From Candidatus Omnitrophota bacterium (GTDB taxonomy: Bacteria; Omnitrophota; Gorgyraeia; Gygaellales; Profunditerraquicolaceae), in the NCBI GenBank assembly GCA_026387555.1, contig JAPLLM010000003.1, positions 1,935-36,801 on the forward strand: a DNA stretch of 34,867 bases, written 5' to 3'. The notes under the pieces were generated by a model, which had not been told where the DNA came from, ran no database searches, and saw only the letters and a list, made by a program, of their open reading frames with translations. How positions within the stretch are numbered: position 1 is the stretch's first letter; each line of letters opens with the position of its first letter. The translations under genes and the position numbers were made by a program. Below, one piece after another: positions 33,001-34,867 of this stretch.

Positions 33001-34867
33001 CATTAAAAATATGGCGTGGACGAAGATATTAATACCTAATAGATAAGCCGCCGCGCCGCTTGTAACCAGCCCGAAATACTGCAAGATGTGCGTAACCGCA
33101 GCCACCAAGGTGGTGCCGATAAATATCCTGTAAATGGCGTTCGGGCCACGGTATAAAGCTGTGGCTCCTTCAGGAAGATGGAAACACGGCAACCAGGTCA
33201 TGGTAGTTATCAGAATAAGGTATATTCCGGCTAAAAGCACTGCCGGGATACTGCCTAAGCCAAGAGCACTTACCTGAGCGATAAACCAAGGCAAAGTGGT
33301 AACCACAAGATACCCTGCGAAACCTAGGTACAGTGGTATAATTCCCATCTGATGCAGAATTTTGCCGAACGGTGCGCTATCCGCACCCTTAAATATAAAT
33401 CTTTGGACTAAATGAATAGTTAAGTAAATGCCAACGCCAATTCCAACAGCAATTGGCATACTGAGAATACCCTTAATTACAGCAATAGCTAATCCTGCGC
33501 CTGCAATTAAAGGCATGGCATCCAGAGTAAATCCGTTCCAGAAAGAATTGGTCCTCTGGCTTATCTTGGGGCAAAGCAGGAATAAAGCTACTCTTAACGC
33601 ATACAAACCAACAAATAATCCTAAGCCTCCGGTAAAACCGTTTATCATATAATAAGCTGTTGCCAACAAATATACGCTAAGTGAAAGCGGAATAAGCTGC
33701 GGCAGCCAATAAGTGAAGTTAATCCTTCCTCCCTGCGGCTTGCCTTCTGTAACTGCTTTCAAGAAAATGATGAAGCTGTTAATATTAATCCTGCGGGTAT
33801 TAGCGTCTGCAACATTAGTTACTGTTCCTTCCAAAGCCAACTGGAAGTAAGGATGTACTGCCTCGTGCGGGAAGAAACTAACCAAATTGCCGCGCTTGCC
33901 AAACCATAATCCATTTTTAAAGAGCCACTGTAAAGCCGCTTCTGCTTCGGGGTTAAGATTAGCGAAATCTGGGACACCTCTGTTTCCTAGATTCTCCCTC
34001 GTCACGTTAAGCGGAGGACCAGCAATGAGAAGTTGCTTGACTTGGGCATAAGTTACTGCGGGATTAATAACCAAAGCAATCCTTGCCGTGACATAAAGGG
34101 AATCAATGATATTCTGTAAATCTGAAAGGAATGTCCTTACATCTCCATCTGTCCAGCCATCGCGCACTACCCTCTCCTGTAGCCAGAAGAATAAAGAATT
34201 CACCGGCTTCTGGTCTGTATTCAGGGAGCTATTCATCACCCCGGTGATTACGGGATTATTGAGCTGCCTGTTGGCTGCTTGTTCGCTAGGTCGAACGACA
34301 AAACCCTTATTAAATACTCTATACATCAAGAAGCTGGCGATACGTAGTGCCACTTCGACAACAGCCACCGAAACTAACAGTTTCACGACAAAAGTTTCGG
34401 GCAACACGTATCCAAACAACTTAGCAATAAAATGTACGGGCACATATATCGGGAATCCTCCGTTTACAAACGGCATGCCGAATAGAACATAGGCTATAGC
34501 GCCTAAGAAAGTTATTCTTACTATCCAAATTATGGTATCATTGACCAAATAATTTGTGCGGCTTGTGTTTTCCTGTGCCTGTTGGACAACATTGGCATTT
34601 GCAGGCTGTACGGGGTTAAGTTGAACTTGAGGTTGTCCTTGCTGCTGAGCGTTTGCAACCCGCTGTCTACGAGTAGCAAATATTAACCTTACTGCTAGAA
34701 TTGCTTTCGCAATTAAAGCTATCCCTAAAGCCAACAGCGCTATGCCGGCAAGAATCTTTCCGGTGCTAATAAGATTAACTTGCGCTTTATGTGTAGTGAA
34801 CTGTTTTTGCGGATTAGCCAGATCCGCGCTATTCGTCTTAGCCTTAATAATAGAAACCTGATCCTTA
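30052..34867 (-). CDS. Giant ORF A (>=1,604 aa, 5' end outside window): polytopic membrane glycosyltransferase with a beta-1,3-glucan/callose-synthase-like (GT48-like) core
   Basis: Track ORF 30052..34734 (1560 aa, called from TTG at 34734). My translation of 34735..34866 in the same phase gives KDQVSIIKAKTNSADLANPQKQFTTHKAQVNLISTGKILAGIAL with no stop. The hydrophobic helix ILAGIALLALGIALIAKAILAV runs straight through the called start, so the true start is upstream of the window. Stop TAG at 30052-30054. Confidence 0.85.
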   Translation of the reverse strand, partial: KDQVSIIKAKTNSADLANPQKQFTTHKAQVNLISTGKILAGIALLALGIALIAKAILAVRLIFATRRQRVANAQQQGQPQVQLNPVQPANANVVQQAQENTSRTNYLVNDTIIWIVRITFLGAIAYVLFGMPFVNGGFPIYVPVHFIAKLFGYVLPETFVVKLLVSVAVVEVALRIASFLMYRVFNKGFVVRPSEQAANRQLNNPVITGVMNSSLNTDQKPVNSLFFWLQERVVRDGWTDGDVRTFLSDLQNIIDSLYVTARIALVINPAVTYAQVKQLLIAGPPLNVTRENLGNRGVPDFANLNPEAEAALQWLFKNGLWFGKRGNLVSFFPHEAVHPYFQLALEGTVTNVADANTRRININSFIIFLKAVTEGKPQGGRINFTYWLPQLIPLSLSVYLLATAYYMINGFTGGLGLFVGLYALRVALFLLCPKISQRTNSFWNGFTLDAMPLIAGAGLAIAVIKGILSMPIAVGIGVGIYLTIHLVQRFIFKGADSAPFGKILHQMGIIPLYLGFAGYLVVTTLPWFIAQVSALGLGSIPAVLLAGIYLILITTMTWLPCFHLPEGATALYRGPNAIYRIFIGTTLVAAVTHILQYFGLVTSGAAAYLLGINIFVHAIFLMGAIEKRSDWFQKAAHFILFGLVTYFGLVDQHVLLYVGKILGGWVSAITTHALIFGLAFGIVAGLVSALAELIGYSFIAPEIKARYAKPLWKHLVNAVIFGVLAAYLYSVAPQVALAAMSYYTVAEIGSLALFISQILLNNALLIRPQAVEGERRCRLLYFLCSVVEPDFYTFEELICPVLPSSILQGLMNIQDAQQREEGARHFIDIITRHNVYTNTNNTNYNNVPQPIRTALNLNHSIDSKSKSIIKHVDRLPAELLEAIRVAVVRTDAVLLNILNNTFPIHWLLSQQSILNHLFTKSISRNSFETEMGGLYGGSKGHLHLEDYPVIQQALGFRKNSPITRQGVQPNPVAGYRICEWANQHIQTVWGACRTMVEVHREFERLGRADEIYTLHIDNSNRQIPNRPGTVSLGELMVINLQGIQARAQAIPGITQADLNYIAERLHYYSEWGGYVDSVQAARKAGYRITTVRANPLVICRAGVTTPGGPNCNKGKIGAVTRGGRQFIPDDPEHPVISFFLDADTVVEDIESVPACLDEFNKNDKLLFLNTRNRITTLSYSPFTFLGGTAQDVWWNDVVPMEDEVVQQSGFYGHNKYFRLDKCYASGAFETDQPSEDTAMSNDMNDAFPEMLGRVAFYAETTEGFENSVGQFPTPLDKWTAGAAKLAGSRGFSGSDFVLPDSIRGANINYGQKIKVPGLVNNFDIPWYKKVRRNNQLMFYLSNGFLAIVCTLLLPFIQMFNCNPFGSMPFMPLMLVMYWVLSQSISSYLVANKIKQHGFFLGILWFIFRWLPMAIPFFAGIQIPILFHGNKKGIEGAAIWVTSLKGMGLNPVPFRDFLKSPELGPIFRPTIISGAIYLVVINLSAIFCGLDIISFSSYIFACSMALSMILAPWLYNALHGHSDSRFLIKVVTFIIGGGLGLFLPLSVAMLISGTTTSVVTLSFAVSIIFLSAVILAGYCILFSSLHTKVQRFLESAMRPFVYLCG
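30076..30079 (-). promoter_or_regulatory. Shine-Dalgarno-like GAGG 4 nt upstream of the TTG start of ORF B, inside the end of ORF A
   Basis: The mRNA reads GCGATGAGGCCGTTTGTCT. GAGG is at 30076-30079 and TTG at 30069-30071. The spacer is short (4 nt), so this is only a weak call. Confidence 0.3.
30115..30867 (-). other. ORF A C-terminal membrane block (about 8 helices, aa ~1290-1540)
   Basis: Hydrophobic runs: FLAIVCTLLLPFIQMF, FMPLMLVMYWVLSQSISSYLV, FFLGILWFIFRWLPMAIPFFAGI, IISGAIYLVVINLSAIFCGL, YIFACSMALSMILAPWLY, VVTFIIGGGLGLFLPLSVAMLI, LSFAVSIIFLSAVILAGYCILF. Confidence 0.7.
30955..32097 (-). other. ORF A cytoplasmic GT-A glycosyltransferase core, GT48 (FKS/callose synthase)-like motif set
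   Basis: Motifs read from the protein and checked on the DNA. RICEWANQHIQTVWGACRTM (W at 31927-31929; cf. GT48 R.WAS.R.QTL.RT). FLDADT (DAD 31438-31446). FYGHNKYF (31216-31236; cf. YGHPD[FV]F). PSEDTAMSNDM (31147-31167; cf. NEDI[YF]AG). DKWTAGAAKLAGSR (31000-31041; cf. K.A.G.GEQ.LSR). FYLSNGF...FIQMF then leads into the C-terminal helices. GT48 consensus strings are from memory. A cellulose-synthase-like GT2 is the fallback call. Confidence 0.5.
32575..33717 (-). other. ORF A N-terminal polytopic membrane block (about 12 hydrophobic helices, aa ~340-720)
   Basis: Consecutive 18-25 residue hydrophobic runs in the track protein, e.g. LPQLIPLSLSVYLLATAYYMI, GLGLFVGLYALRVALFLL, MPLIAGAGLAIAVIKGIL, IAVGIGVGIYLTIHLV, IIPLYLGFAGYLVVTTLPWFIA, IPAVLLAGIYLILITTM, ALIFGLAFGIVAGLVSALAELI. 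Confidence 0.7.

Noticed and set aside
19401-34734. NRPS/PKS megasynthase or repeat-rich adhesin/RTX toxin as the explanation for the giant ORFs
   Set aside because: I found no adenylation, condensation, ketosynthase or acyl-carrier (GG.S) core motifs. I also found no tandem Ig/cadherin-like repeats and no GGxGxD nonapeptides. The recognisable content is sugar and nucleotide enzymes.
1-34867. tRNA/rRNA genes, CRISPR arrays, IS elements or inverted repeats, prophage or defence-system genes
   Set aside because: No intergenic space exists to host them. I saw no repeat-spacer periodicity and no transposase, integrase or nuclease motifs in any phase I read.

Overview
All 34,867 bp read as coding on the minus strand. 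I found no intergenic DNA, RNA genes, CRISPR arrays or mobile elements. Three co-directional giant ORFs abut or overlap. ORF A (30052..>34867, >=1,604 aa) is open to the right-hand window edge. ORF B (19401..30071) is 3,556 aa. ORF C (<1..19419) is absent from the supplied track only because it has no stop codon inside the window. Its phase (minus-strand codons starting at coordinates divisible by 3) is open from the TAG at 19420-19422 down to position 1. That is 6,473 codons, or 6,423 from the first TTG at 19269. Together the three ORFs hold about 11,600 codons. They are not NRPS/PKS or repeat adhesins. They read as beads on a string of ordinary-sized enzyme modules. ORF A is a polytopic glucan-synthase-like (GT48-like) glycosyltransferase. 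ORF B carries a HIT/GalT-like HxHxQ nucleotidyltransferase, a Zn-ribbon plus SAM methyltransferase, a bicupin-like region, a radical SAM module, a P-loop kinase, two tandem GT2 (dolichyl-phosphate-glucose-synthase-like) modules, a kinase-like module and the N-half of an NTP-transferase. ORF C carries the NTP-transferase C-half plus beta-helix, a radical SAM/SPASM-like module, two HExxH segments, a sigma-70 r2/r4-like segment, a Pol-beta-type nucleotidyltransferase, two UDPGP-family uridylyltransferase modules, a second NTP-transferase/beta-helix, an HD(-GYP)-like module and a NadD-like adenylyltransferase. The modules are separated by a recurring junction element (>=13 copies, partly conserved at nucleotide level): a Gly/Ala-rich ..TN..N-A-V-M-G-M motif followed by a helix-[D/E]-P-helix hydrophobic hairpin. 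The B/C boundary cuts through one nucleotidyltransferase-like module and ORF C has no credible start, so B+C (>10,000 aa) may be a single translation unit, through a -1 frame change or a 1-nt assembly indel. All + strand track ORFs are antisense shadows. All domain calls rest on motif recognition by eye and on consensus strings recalled from memory, not on database searches. My best reading is part of a giant-gene locus from an uncultivated bacterium encoding a membrane-tethered machine that builds nucleotide-sugars and glycan.
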